Source of the DNA: Veleropilina oligotropha
Lineage: Eukaryota
DNA length: 64,000 nucleotides
Direction of reading: 5' to 3'
Assembly (NCBI GenBank): GCA_048128005.1
Contig: JBEUKZ010000133.1
Location: 1 to 64,000 of the forward strand
The notes beneath the pieces were generated by a model that made no database searches, was not told the DNA's origin, and was given only the letters and a program-made list of their open reading frames with translations. Position numbers and translations under genes: made by a program. Positions 28,701 to 38,034 of this stretch are shown piece after piece (within the stretch, counting starts at the first letter, position 1; each line of letters opens with the position of its first letter).

Positions 28701-31700
28701 GGTTGCCGTGGATACCGGTATTCATTCCGACAGCTCAAGTACAAAAGCAGACGAAGACAAATCTCTACTGCTGAATAGAATAACAGAGGTCGAGTCTCAA
28801 AGTATTCTTAACAATGATGCAAACACAGTTTCTATAGCAACGAAAAATGAGTTAATAGGTAATATAAATGATGCAGTCACAACAGATCCAAACGACGATG
28901 TAGTAATTTTATCTAACGGTAATGAACCACCAGACAACATTTCTCTCTACGATAGTTTTCATTCTGCACGTCGATTTCCAAACCGATCTTTAATCACAAT
29001 CCCCGAAGACGAAATGGTGTCCGATAACAGCCTACGCGAGAGTTATTCCGGTGTGAGCACGCCATTCGAGATCATCTTTGACGAATCGCATATGCACGAC
29101 ACGTTCGAATGGGATTATGACATTGGAGAAGAACTTGTTGGCCGTGTGAAAGAATCGGAAAATTCTGTGCCTCAGATGAGCGATCTGACCGACTGGACAT
29201 TCGAGGTCGGTGGATCGAGCCAGGGTTCGACCAGCAGTCGATCTGCCTGTGACGACGACGCGGCTAGCTTAGATTCACAACACAGCAGTCTGGCTGGGGA
29301 GGCTGATCCCCCAATTGCACAAAAGTCGGGATCCGTTGACATACAAGACTTTAGCATTATCAGCGACGGAACGAATGCTTTGTCGTCGTCGAATCTGTTG
29401 TCGGTCTCTCAACTCAGCAGCGTGTTCGATAGTGCGGAGGTAAATGCAAGATCATCCTCGACGTTTTCTTTCTCCGAGGTAAAACGCACGCACAGCTGGG
29501 ACATGGTTTCCGTCCGAGAGCTTACTAACCGCCTCGCTACACCAAGCACTAACAAAACTCCGAGCATGTTCTATAAACTATCACACTCGCTAGACATTGA
29601 CGCAGACCAAACGCTAGACTCTCCATTCACAGACTTAAGCTTTGCTTCTATCTCCAATGCTTTCTCCTCTGCTAAGTCACTCCAGGCACCATTAAGAAGC
29701 AGTCTGAAAGGCTCATTAACACAGGTAACACCTACAGGTAGCTCCACCCAATCATAAATAGACTGCGCATATCATCCTGGGAGAAAACATGATTTCATAG
29801 AAATCAAATGAGAAATTTTCTAGTATTTCTGTCTTTATAAATGTTCTTACGTAGATATTTCTCTATAGACTCCGTTATTCACAATCAACAACGAAAGATC
29901 ACCATGTCAATGAATGATGTTATATTGTCTAATGATGTTATCAGTATTGTGTGGATTCTGGCACATCGGAAACCTCGAGTGACGTCGTAGTTTTTGCGGC
30001 GGATTTATCCGCCACAAAAACTACGACGTCACGAGAGGTTTCCGATGTGCCAGAATCCACACAATAACTGATAACATTTTTACTATATTCCACAACAAGT
30101 TTCTTATTAAATTGAATCGAAAGATTATGGTAATTGTAGTCATGAATCTGTCTGGGAGGTTGAAATAGTATAGGACTATATTGGAAGTAGTTCCTACGAT
30201 TTGTCAGCCATTTTGAATATATAAGCAGGAGACGTTTTCTGAATCGATATCAGCTGTGTCCGTGATACAGGGTCTCGGAAAACTGCGCGAGAATAGGCGT
30301 CAGAAAACAACTGGCATATAATAAATAATGATATTGAGCGCACCAGTAACCGATATGATAAGAATGTGTACTCTGCATTCTCTCGCTTTGCTGCATTGTC
30401 TAACAAGAGCGAGTCCTCTTTGTTCAGGTGAGAGGGGGGCCCGCCCTAATAGTCATGTGGTATCAAGTGCTGACACTGACGTCACTGGCTCGATTGCGCT
30501 AACTAACTGGAATGAGTTTGAATCTCAGCTGAGGCATTAACATTCTTTGTTCAGTTATCGATCGCAGTTGTCCGTAGCTGGGCGGGTTTCTCCGGGCGAC
30601 CGGTCTTTCCTCCCGCGATAATGTGAACATATCCTGCCTTGAACTAGCTGATGGTGTTAAATATACAGGGTATTAAGCATCAATCAATTCATCCATCAGG
30701 TGCAGGATTTTCCTAGGCCACCACAGTTTCCTCTAATAAGGACATGTCGTGATATGAACCTGAAAGTTGTTAAATATGCGACAATATTATACAGGCGAAT
30801 TTATAGTATAGTTCTCCACACACTGAAAATGACTGTACAGATTTGGCAGTGTGGTTTGGCTAACGGCCAGAGCACTGGGGATTTATCAGTGATGAGGCAG
30901 CTGTTATTTTCCTAGCCTTCTTCCCACGATAAGACAGATATCATATGTGCTAATGTGATGTTAATAGATTTTAAATGAGAAAATACACTCGCAAATAACA
31001 TATTACTACATAGGCCTACAATACATATAATTGTATAACATTAAATTTTTAATTGGCAATTGATATTTAGCATTTTTGAATGATCTCCTGCAACACAAAG
31101 TGCACAAGAATGTCAAAATGATTAGTGTAACAAAGGGCAGTGTTTGTTCGTCAGATTATGTGACCGAGTGCCAGCAATTTCTGTTTGAACTCTCAATTTT
31201 TCATCTTGTTTGCTGTGTACTGATTGGTGGTCGGATTATTTCATCTTGTTTGCTGTGTTCTAATTGGTTGTGTGACTCGTTCATCTTACTTGCTGTGTAC
31301 TGATTGGCTGTCTCCACTGCTTCGGCTTATTTTCTTTGTAACAATAATTATGCCTAATTTAATTATCTTGATTTACTAAGTACTGATAAGTCTTCTTGTA
31401 ATCAAATCATGTAATGGTATGTAATGTCATTTAGTGTGTGCATGTGAAATGCTAATTTTGATGAAAACAATTTACAGGTGCATTCATTGTGCATTTTTGT
31501 CTGAGAGAATAGTATTGTTGATGCATTTGGTTTACTGGAATGCTAGCATGCCCAGTTTCCGGTAGTGTAATGGATAAGAGTGAGTTTGAATCTTCGACTG
31601 GGCTCTACAATTAACCATCACAGTTGTCTATACCTGGCAGACAGGTAGAAGGATTTTCCGGGGGATCGACCGCTGTCGCCCTTATCCATTTGCTATGATA

Positions 31701-33462
31701 TGAACATATCCTGCTATGTTAAAATGGTACATTGATCACTGATCGATCGAAACTAAATCATCCTGCGTCACAGTGATAGAGAAATTTATGGTGGTCTAGT
31801 GGTTACATTGTTGGATAATGAAACCAACGATCATGGATCAATCCTCGATCGCGATCTTTCTGCTGAGGCAATCTGCTGTTCATTGAAAACATTTTGTAAA
31901 TATTGATCCTCTTTTAACTCTTGGGCCTATGGTGGCAGGAAATCCTGTCCAATTCTCATTGAGTTATAGAATACACAGCGGGCAAAGAGTTGAAGAATTG
32001 TATATGCGGCATTGCCTCGTTGATTAAATTGTACGCTAACTTACCGTGACATAGTCTTGCATGTGGCGACAAAATTTTCCTTGTGCAATTTGTGGCCTTG
32101 CTCAACATATAAGATAAAGCTTTTGTCCGGACCATATCTCATCTTGTATATATGCCAGCCTGATGAAATTTGGTATGCTACATCACCTTGACCTACCGAT
32201 ATAATTTTCCGTGGGCGATCTTTGACCTTGATAAAATTATTCAAATTTATTTATACATTTTTGTATTTCAGAATTTTTAATTATTTGTATATGTTGGACA
32301 GCTAGCACAGTATATATAGCTAAGAGGTACATACTGGCAAGGTCAAGATCACATATTTTATATGACAGTCTGATTGCTGAGGTTCTCGACAGCTCTATGG
32401 CTCTCTATATTTTGTAATACATGTACTTAATATATGTGGCGTAGACTATATTTGAAATATTTTATGTATTATTGAATCATTTATCAGGAAAGTGCACAGA
32501 AAAAGTCTGTATCATTCACATCTGGTGATCAGCTTGAAGTAGTTCATAGCTACAAGCAACAACTGCAGGCCACGCCTCCAGAATTTAATCCAGCCAATCA
32601 GAGATCAGATAGAAATCCATCAAACGACAGCAGTGAAGAAGGTGCCAAAGGTATTAGTTAGGCAGTATTTGTCATATAACAGCTACGGACAAATTATGTT
32701 GAACATTGTGGATGGGCGGGCTACCATTCCTGAATTGGCAAGGTGCTGTTGATACAACATCTATATTTGTAAACTGTAGGTCCTGACAACATTACTTCTG
32801 CAAAATTGTTGGAATGTGGTCATAAAACTGACTGATTAAAATTTTAGTCATAATTATAAGTTTTTAAACAAGGTGTTCATATTTTCATTGTAGTAAATAG
32901 GGTTTGTACAACCTTGAAAATACTTGAATCTGACCCAAATTTGAATAGACCTTGAATTTGAAACATCCTTTGAAAACGTTTAATCAGTTTTCAATGATTC
33001 CATTTGGGTTGCTCAATGCATATTTTAATAATCATATTTTTTTTCATTTGACTATTTTGATGGTGTCTAGCTGCTGCTCTACCAGTGATGTTGAATATTA
33101 ATTAATATGAATAATGTGTGAAATTGGTGTTTTTGAACATCTAAATTTCAGTGAAAGATTTTCAATTTATGCATATGGATTGCTCAAGGCACTTGAAGTT
33201 TGATTTGTATTAAAAAGTCCTTGAAAATTACTGTGAAGTCCTTGAAAAGTCCTGAATTTTATCTTGCCATTTTTGTATGAACCCTGTCAGTGGATTTCTA
33301 AGGAAAACTTGATCCAATACAAATAATTATAGCTGTATGCGTGGTGAAAGCAGCAAATTACAATTGGTATTTTGGTTTTCAGTAATCAATGATCCAACAC
33401 CAAATCCCGCGGTCCAGCTTTATCCAGCCACGAATAATTCCGACGTTGATGCCCTTTTGTGA
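7695..33462 (+). CDS. AATK: AATK/LMTK (lemur tyrosine kinase) family membrane-anchored protein kinase, 12 coding exons, about 971 aa
   Basis: Exons 7695-7793, 8323-8515, 8685-8755, 10547-10674, 11139-11226, 11629-11765, 11939-12023, 24670-24788, 25325-25474, 28122-29724, 32488-32650, 33383-33462 join in phase with GT-AG sites (2916 nt). N-terminal TM helix then GCACWIKKQGFRDF; LLYIHEIGSGWFGHV; VVIK; HHDFAARNC; KVGDYG; PIRWMAPE; ANIWAFGIALWE; FEVMKFCWL; long Ser-rich tail; SSLK...KKSVSF PP1-docking motifs. The symbol denotes the family (co-orthologue of LMTK1-3). Confidence 0.9.
8323..8515 (+). CDS. AATK: LMTK-like coding exon 2
   Basis: tgtag|GAT TTC (DFDDSF...); donor G|gtatgt; phase 1 matches exon 3. 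Confidence 0.75.
8685..8755 (+). CDS. AATK: LMTK-like coding exon 3 (Gly-rich loop)
   Basis: AIRDPFPRDQLLYIHEIGSGWFGH; tcag| and |gtaag. Confidence 0.9.
8965..9540. repeat. About 150-bp tandem array (about 3.8 units), probably the core of a HINE-like element
   Basis: TCTGTCACATAGAAGAC recurs at about 8971, 9128, 9277 and 9427; GGTCAAAGGTCAAGGTCA motifs. Confidence 0.85.
10547..10674 (+). CDS. AATK: LMTK-like coding exon 4 (subdomains II-III)
   Basis: VLHGDADQ...QVVIKVLK...EQQQFVQEVAPFR; ttgcag| and |gtacac. Confidence 0.9.
11139..11226 (+). CDS. AATK: LMTK-like coding exon 5
   Basis: ELDHPNVLKLLGHCTETSPYLVILEYFPL; tttaag| and |gtacgt. Confidence 0.9.
11629..11765 (+). CDS. AATK: LMTK-like coding exon 6
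   Basis: GDLKSYLQ...FAMDMAAGLACLHRHNYVH; tttcag| and |gtaag. Confidence 0.9.
11939..12023 (+). CDS. AATK: LMTK-like coding exon 7 (catalytic loop, DYG)
   Basis: (H)DFAARNCLVTSELGVKVGDYGVSEDMYR; tacag| and |gtaagt. Confidence 0.92.
12086..13266. mobile_element. Tc1/mariner (pogo/Tigger-like) MITE
   Basis: TA|CCGTATATACTCGCGTATAAG ... CTTATAGGCGAGTATATACGG|TA; subterminal GGGGTCGTCTTATA repeats. Confidence 0.85.
14088..15288 (-). mobile_element. Helentron/HINE-like element with about 170-bp internal repeats, interrupted by a second HINE; related fragment at about 24810-25050
   Basis: T-run and hairpin-like left end, CCGT microrepeat, ...GCTCTTGTT right end. Confidence 0.6.
14473..15003 (-). 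mobile_element. HINE-like element with about 145-bp GGTCACTGCGACCTAC repeats (same family as 44086-45074)
   Basis: CCCCC...GGGGG terminal hairpin, ...CTAGTT other end; reverse-complement homologue of 44086-45074. Confidence 0.75.
15525..15780 (+). mobile_element. Kolobok-like MITE, copy 1
   Basis: TTAA|AGGCCGG ... CCGGCCT|TTAA; homologous inverted copy at 54807-55070. Confidence 0.75.
16185..19416 (-). pseudogene. LINE ORF2 (leader/2A-like, AP endonuclease, reverse transcriptase, C-terminal Cys/His motif) split by two frameshifting deletions
   Basis: HMNIRSL, LSETWL, GGGVAVY, MGDFN, SDHCP; NYRPISLL, DISKAFD, GVPQGSVLGP, LFADD; CRCG...HFLLSC. Breaks near 17595 and 16665. Confidence 0.9.
19936..20802 (-). 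CDS. LINE ORF1 protein (basic N-terminus, coiled coil, RRM-like and C-terminal domain)
   Basis: Intact 288-aa ORF with LEQYTRRANLRISGIPE, IDRAHRVG, RQIIVKF, YIAEDLT, WTNDGKIFVK; real start probably the internal Met (MFRTHY or later). Confidence 0.85.
   Translation of the reverse strand: MLVIVEYSFVALHEHFMFRTHYTPSSSKRKRKKSSPCQKKQPVKLKKIGDESPKSNSDWESDNENMSGRDTSALAKEILRLILPQIQDTLKSSNSDFLDELKLLRIENSKLKIQNDVLQNRIDNLEQYTRRANLRISGIPESPHEDVEQLVIDLAKEYLHVDLSPNDIDRAHRVGAPGHKTSRQIIVKFSGYKARRKMYKAKSALRKSKETERTYIAEDLTKIKHHLFMEARKLQREKKLAQTWTNDGKIFVKDNQDVIQVVNSVTDLEKFLSIKIVLSQEQSQFKYT
21889..22120 (+). mobile_element. tRNA-derived SINE family B (Deu-domain-like), copy 1
   Basis: TGGTCCAACTGG and GGTTCAAGCCC boxes; GAGACCTTAAACCGGGTGTCC; second copy at 40590-40825. 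Confidence 0.75.
22582..23161. mobile_element. MITE with subterminal GTCAACTCACCGC repeats
   Basis: CAGGTCAACTCA ... TGAGTTGACCTG termini. Confidence 0.7.
24670..24788 (+). CDS. AATK: LMTK-like coding exon 8 (APE)
   Basis: GDYFDSGRDLIPIRWMAPELL...YKANIW; tgtag| and |gtaag. Confidence 0.92.
25325..25474 (+). CDS. AATK: LMTK-like coding exon 9
   Basis: AFGIALWEILEMGRQPYPDLSDQETL...; tacag| and |gtaagt. Confidence 0.92.
27003..27848. mobile_element. Non-autonomous DNA transposon with CTTGAA-rich subterminal repeats; related copy at 32898-33286
   Basis: CATGGTTCGCACAA ... TTGTACGAACCATG; ATTTA on both flanks. Confidence 0.7.
28122..29724 (+). CDS. AATK: LMTK-like coding exon 10 (kinase end plus long low-complexity tail)
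   Basis: tgcag|G TTT GAA GTT ATG; FEVMKFCWLSADYRPTIEDVH...DFEVRWHRL; matches the 541-aa ORF; donor CAG|gtaaca in phase 0 with the next exon. Confidence 0.88.
29935..30077. repeat. Near-perfect hairpin palindrome (about 70-bp arms)
   Basis: ATGTTATCAGTATTGTGTGGATTCTGGCAC...GCGGAT / ATCCGC...GTGCCAGAATCCACACAATAACTGATAACAT. Confidence 0.85.
32488..32650 (+). CDS. AATK: LMTK-like coding exon 11 (RVxF-type PP1-docking motif KKSVSF)
   Basis: atcag|GAA AGT GCA CAG AAA AAG TCT GTA TCA TTC; donor G|gtatta. Confidence 0.75.
32898..33286. mobile_element. Internally shorter relative of the 27003-27848 element
   Basis: TAGGGTTTGTACAACCTTGAAAA ... ATTTTTGTATGAACCCTG; shared GTCCTTGAAAA motifs. Confidence 0.6.
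33383..33462 (+). CDS. AATK: LMTK-like putative terminal coding exon
   Basis: ttttcag|TA completes phase 1; VINDPTPNPAVQLYPATNNSDVDALL*; no homology support. Confidence 0.55.
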
Positions 33463-33858
33463 ACCAAACGCACAGTCACGTCATCGAAAACTGGATCTGA
33501 CAAAATGGCGGAAGCTAGATTATTGTAGATAACGTGCAAGGGTATTTGGTTCTGAGAAACAGTTTTAAAAGTATGACTTAGATTGTCCATTTCATCATTA
33601 CGCAGATCAACTTGATGCAAAATATGTGGAATATGTCAATTTTCCCTCTGCAAATGCAATGTCCAGATATAAATGTTAGACTATCACTAGGAAGTGAAAG
33701 TTGGGTACAGTCTATTTTTATCCATGAAAGTTATCAAGCATTAATGGACCACTACTTAAAACTGTAAACTGTAAACGATGTGGTAATATTCTGCTACTTC
33801 AATTATTAGGGATTCTAGCATCTCTGTCGATATTGATTATGATTTTCTATATTATTAG

Positions 33859-34117
33859 GGCCGCTTCAGCAGTGCAGTGGATAAGAGTGTCCACTCTAAA
33901 TTCACTGGCTTGATTCCGCTAATGCAAACAGTAGTGGGTTCCATACCTGGCTGAGGCATTGACATTTGTTCAAGTTATGAATCACAGTTGTCCGCGACTG
34001 GCCGAAGAGGGCGGGTTTACCTGGGCGACCGGGGTTTCCTCCCGCGATAACACGGACATGTCCTGCCTTGAACCTCGATGTTGTAAATATACAGGACATT
34101 AAGCATCATTCCTCCTC
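33859..34117 (+). mobile_element. tRNA-derived SINE family A (V-domain-like), in the putative LMTK 3'UTR
   Basis: A/B-box-like head (GCAGTGG...GGTTCCATACC), GGGTTTACCTGGGCGACCGGGGTTTCCTCCC core; copies at 41548-41789 (-) and 10795-10882 (-), relatives at about 30520-30700 and 31555-31720. Confidence 0.8.
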
Positions 34118-34990
34118 ACTTGATATTTTTTTTCATAATCTAACCATTTTAAAGGAGTACTACAAATATATTTATACCTAAAATTTCTAGAAGCTGAAGA
34201 ATCTTGTCTATTTGTCCAAGATCCACTTTTAGAGGCTTGAATTGGTTTTAGAATAATCACTGAGGATTAGTTCAGTGATCACTTGAGAAATAAATTTAAT
34301 TTGTTTTGTCGCCATCCTGGTGTAGAAGTGGCTGCACTGATTCGACAATGTGGGTTTGGCTCGCAGTCGAAGGCATGTCACAGATATATCAATCACGGTA
34401 ACTCACATTACCCGATTTTGAGTTCCATCTGATATGCTGGCTTTCGTCACGGTCTAATGTTATCCCAGAAAATTTATTCAAAGGATAGCGTCCTAGATTG
34501 TGTGTTTATATAACAGAACTTACCAGATTGAAACGCGATATATGTATTATGTTTATGGCTGTGACAACATTTCGAATTTCAATAACATGTTATTTAATGA
34601 CTTGAGTATAACTCTTGATGTGATACGGGATTAGATTTAAAACCTTTATTAGGTTTATTTTGCCATATTTTGTGTTGTTTTATGAAATTATTATGCATTG
34701 GACGTCATGCAACAAATTTCAGAAATACTGTTTAGATGATAATTATTCTGCTAAGATTAAATTTCATAGGATTTAAATGTTAAATCAAATGTTATATATC
34801 GACATTTATTTTAAAATGTGGCAGTTAATTTTTCAATTTTCATGGAATCTTCTATTATTTCTTGGCTGCTGTTACGGTATGTGTTCAGATTGTATTGTAA
34901 CATAAAATTATCTTTTATAACTATTTTTAAGTTTAATAACAAAAATGACAGAAAACTAAAATATAAATTGAGCTGCATCTATAGATATGC

Positions 34991-36337
34991 TTTTTGTCTC
35001 GCCCCGAAGGAAAGCGAGACTAAAGCTTAGGCCACACGCCCCGAAATGTTACATACACGAAATGAGCACGAAACGAGCACGAAACGAAACTTTACTCATT
35101 TCATACAAACAAATTATTTTATCCAATCACTATCATTCGCTCGTCGGACTGCCTGGGTCAAAGTTTAACATGTTTAATATCACCGAAAACGAAAAGAGCA
35201 CTCGTTTTGCAGCTGTAACGAGCACTCGTTGCTCGTTTCGTGTAACATTACGGGGCATGTGGCCTATGCTTTAGGGATTGCTTTTCCTGGCGGCGTCTGT
35301 GACGAATCATCTTGGTTAAAGTTTTTCATCGAGTGTATATGGCTTGCTCAAGGCATTTTTTGGCATATGTATGCTTTGTTATTGGTGGTATGGATGTCAC
35401 CTGACACTCTGGCAGTGATATTGAATAAATTTTAATATAATTAATGGATATATAGTGGTCTTTTGGGATATAGAAATTTAGGCAAATTTTAGGTGAAAGT
35501 TTTCGGTTGAAGTTTTTCATCAAGTGTACATGGCTTGCTTATGGCACCTTTTGGCATATATATGCTTTGTTATTGGCAATGGTTGTATGGATGTCACCTG
35601 AATCCGGCTGATACTCTGGCAGTGATAATGAATTTTTTTTAATATAATTAATGGAAATATAGTGGTCTTTTGGGACATAGAAACTTAGGCAAATTTTAGG
35701 TGACAGTTTTCGGTTGAATTTTTTCATCAAGTATATATGGCTTGTTCAAGGCAATTTTTGGCACATAAAGATGCTTTGTTATTGGTTGTATGGATGTCAC
35801 CTGATACTCTGGCAGTATTATTGTCTAAAATTTAATATAATTAACTAGTGGAAATATGGTAATCTTTTTGGACATAGAAATTTTGGGAAAATTTAGGTTA
35901 GAGTATTTAATTTAGTATATATGCTTTGCTCAAAGCAACTTTTGGCATATATATCATTTGTTATTGATTGTATGGCTGCTAACTGATACTCTGGCAGTAT
36001 TATGGAATAAATTATAATATAATTAATGAAAATGAAAATAAAGTGGTGTTTGTGAACATTTAGGTTAAAGTTTTTCATTTTTCATTTAGTGTATATGGGC
36101 TACTGAAACCACTTTTTGTAATATATATGCTTTGTTATTGGTTATATGGAGGTCACCTAACACTCCGGCGTTCAGTATTAAATGAAATTTCATATAATTA
36201 ATGCATAACATTTGTGGTTTCGGACTTTAAAATTTTGGTTCAAGTTCTTCAATGATTTGCATATGAGCTAGTCAAAACACTTGTCTAGTAAATTCATATA
36301 TCTAACAGGACGAGACATATCGAACCGTGGTTCTTGT
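34991..36337 (-). mobile_element. HINE-like element with about 190-200-bp repeats, interrupted by a MITE
   Basis: TTTTTGTCTCGC...GCGAGAC hairpin; sub-TIR CGAGACAT and ...TTCTTGT at the other end. Confidence 0.7.
35024..35270. mobile_element. MITE, possibly PIF/Harbinger-type
   Basis: AGCTTAGGCCACACGCCCCGAAATGTTACA / TGTAACATTACGGGGCATGTGGCCTATGCT; TAA/TTA flanks. Confidence 0.7.
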
Positions 36338-37911
36338 ATAGTGTGTAAAATTAACTTTCTGAGAATTCTATCTAATAATAATAAATGAAATTAAAAAAAA
36401 GCGTACACAGTTTGTAAAATTTAATAAAGTAATTTGTTAAGTATATATATATATATATTAAACTTTAACAACTGCACATAAAGCAGGCTAGATTTAATTG
36501 TAGGAAATTAAATATTATTGTAAACATATACGTGTATCAATGAAATTACTTAAAGCCAGATTTATCGTGTATTAATTATCTCTGTGATAAGGAAATCTCT
36601 ATTGAAGTATTGTGACAGCGATACGCGTTACCTGTGGATTTTTTCCTCAGAATACAAAGCAAGCAGGATGTACACAGGCAATTATTATGATATGTCTTTG
36701 AATATTGTTGTGATGAAAGTAAATATTGTGTATTGTATATTTGTATTGAAGATGGGTTAACACCATTAACTAGAGATTAATGCAAGATCTATAAATAAAA
36801 GTTTAGTATATATGGTTTAGGATAATGTTGTTGTGAATATGCCACGTCAGGTCATTAGGTATAGATAACTATTTAAAGGTACATGTACCAACATTTTTCC
36901 TTTCATCTAAATGGGACATGCCTTAATGGTTATTTTGTATATCCCAGAAGTATTAAAGACACAAGGAGTTATAATTTAAATACTATGATAATAATTATTT
37001 TTGAATTTTTATAATAAAAATATGCATGAGACTGCATGCAGTTCAACCAGAACCAATTTTCTTCAACATTTAAAACTAGTACTGGTAACCTTCATAATAT
37101 ATAAGGCAATTTTGGAATATTAACAAAATAAATTAAAAATTCATCATTAAGAGTGTGGGACATTACAATTTCAATCCTAAATGAAAGAAGTGTTTGTGCA
37201 AATCGCTCTTTTCAAATAAGAATCTGACAGGTCGGCTATGTAATATTATATATTTATTTTTCCAAGGTTGTGTAAACAGTCGTTTTCAAAAACTCGAATC
37301 AAAAGATTGCATTTAATCAAATCTTTTATCTTACTACTAGAACAGGTGCATATTTTGTGTATTATATACTTTTACAAAAACCCGTGCCCTGATATTTAAT
37401 ATTTACTTAGTGGAGAATTGTCTCCATAATTATGATACTAGACATATATGATTAAATTTTCAGTAGTTAATCATGAGTTTTGAACTAATTAGTGCACTAT
37501 GTGATGCTAGAGGAGAAGATATTAATCAAATTATGATAAATTCGTCTAAATTCTGAATCATCTTAATTATGCTTTGCGAGACATATGATCCACATGACCT
37601 TAGTCAAAACCACCAACAGATTTTTCTGTACTGAAAAAATTAATGTGGTTGGAGATGGTTCAATAGTAGCCATACTATATTTCTTCCATTAGAGGCCAGG
37701 TGTTTATCCCAGTCATGCCTCTACTCTGGTGTGCTGTTGTTTCAGAGCAATATTGGATCAGGAAGACAATGCTTAGTAAATAATTAGATCTGATTCACAT
37801 GAAACTGGGATATAGACTGCAACAAGGCCTTAAAATTGTCAAAAGTGGTCTTAATAGGACAGCAATATCGGTCCGTAACTGCCGGCCAGCATTTGGCCAA
37901 TCACCAATATA

Positions 37912-38034
37912 ACAATAACATGGTTTTGAAGGGCGTCGTGCTGTTTTATTGGCCCGACAGTCTTGACTGGAGGGCCAATAATCATTCATGAAGGGCCAAT
38001 AAAACAGCACGACGCCTGCTAAAACCATGTTATT
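37912..38034. repeat. Hairpin palindrome (MITE part)
   Basis: AATAACATGGTTTT..GGCGTCGTGCTGTTTTATTGGCCC / GGGCCAATAAAACAGCACGACGCC..AAAACCATGTTATT. Confidence 0.7.

Noticed and set aside
28132..29757. 541-aa ORF as a stand-alone gene
   Set aside because: Starts within kinase subdomain XI and has an in-phase acceptor at 28121; it is exon 10.
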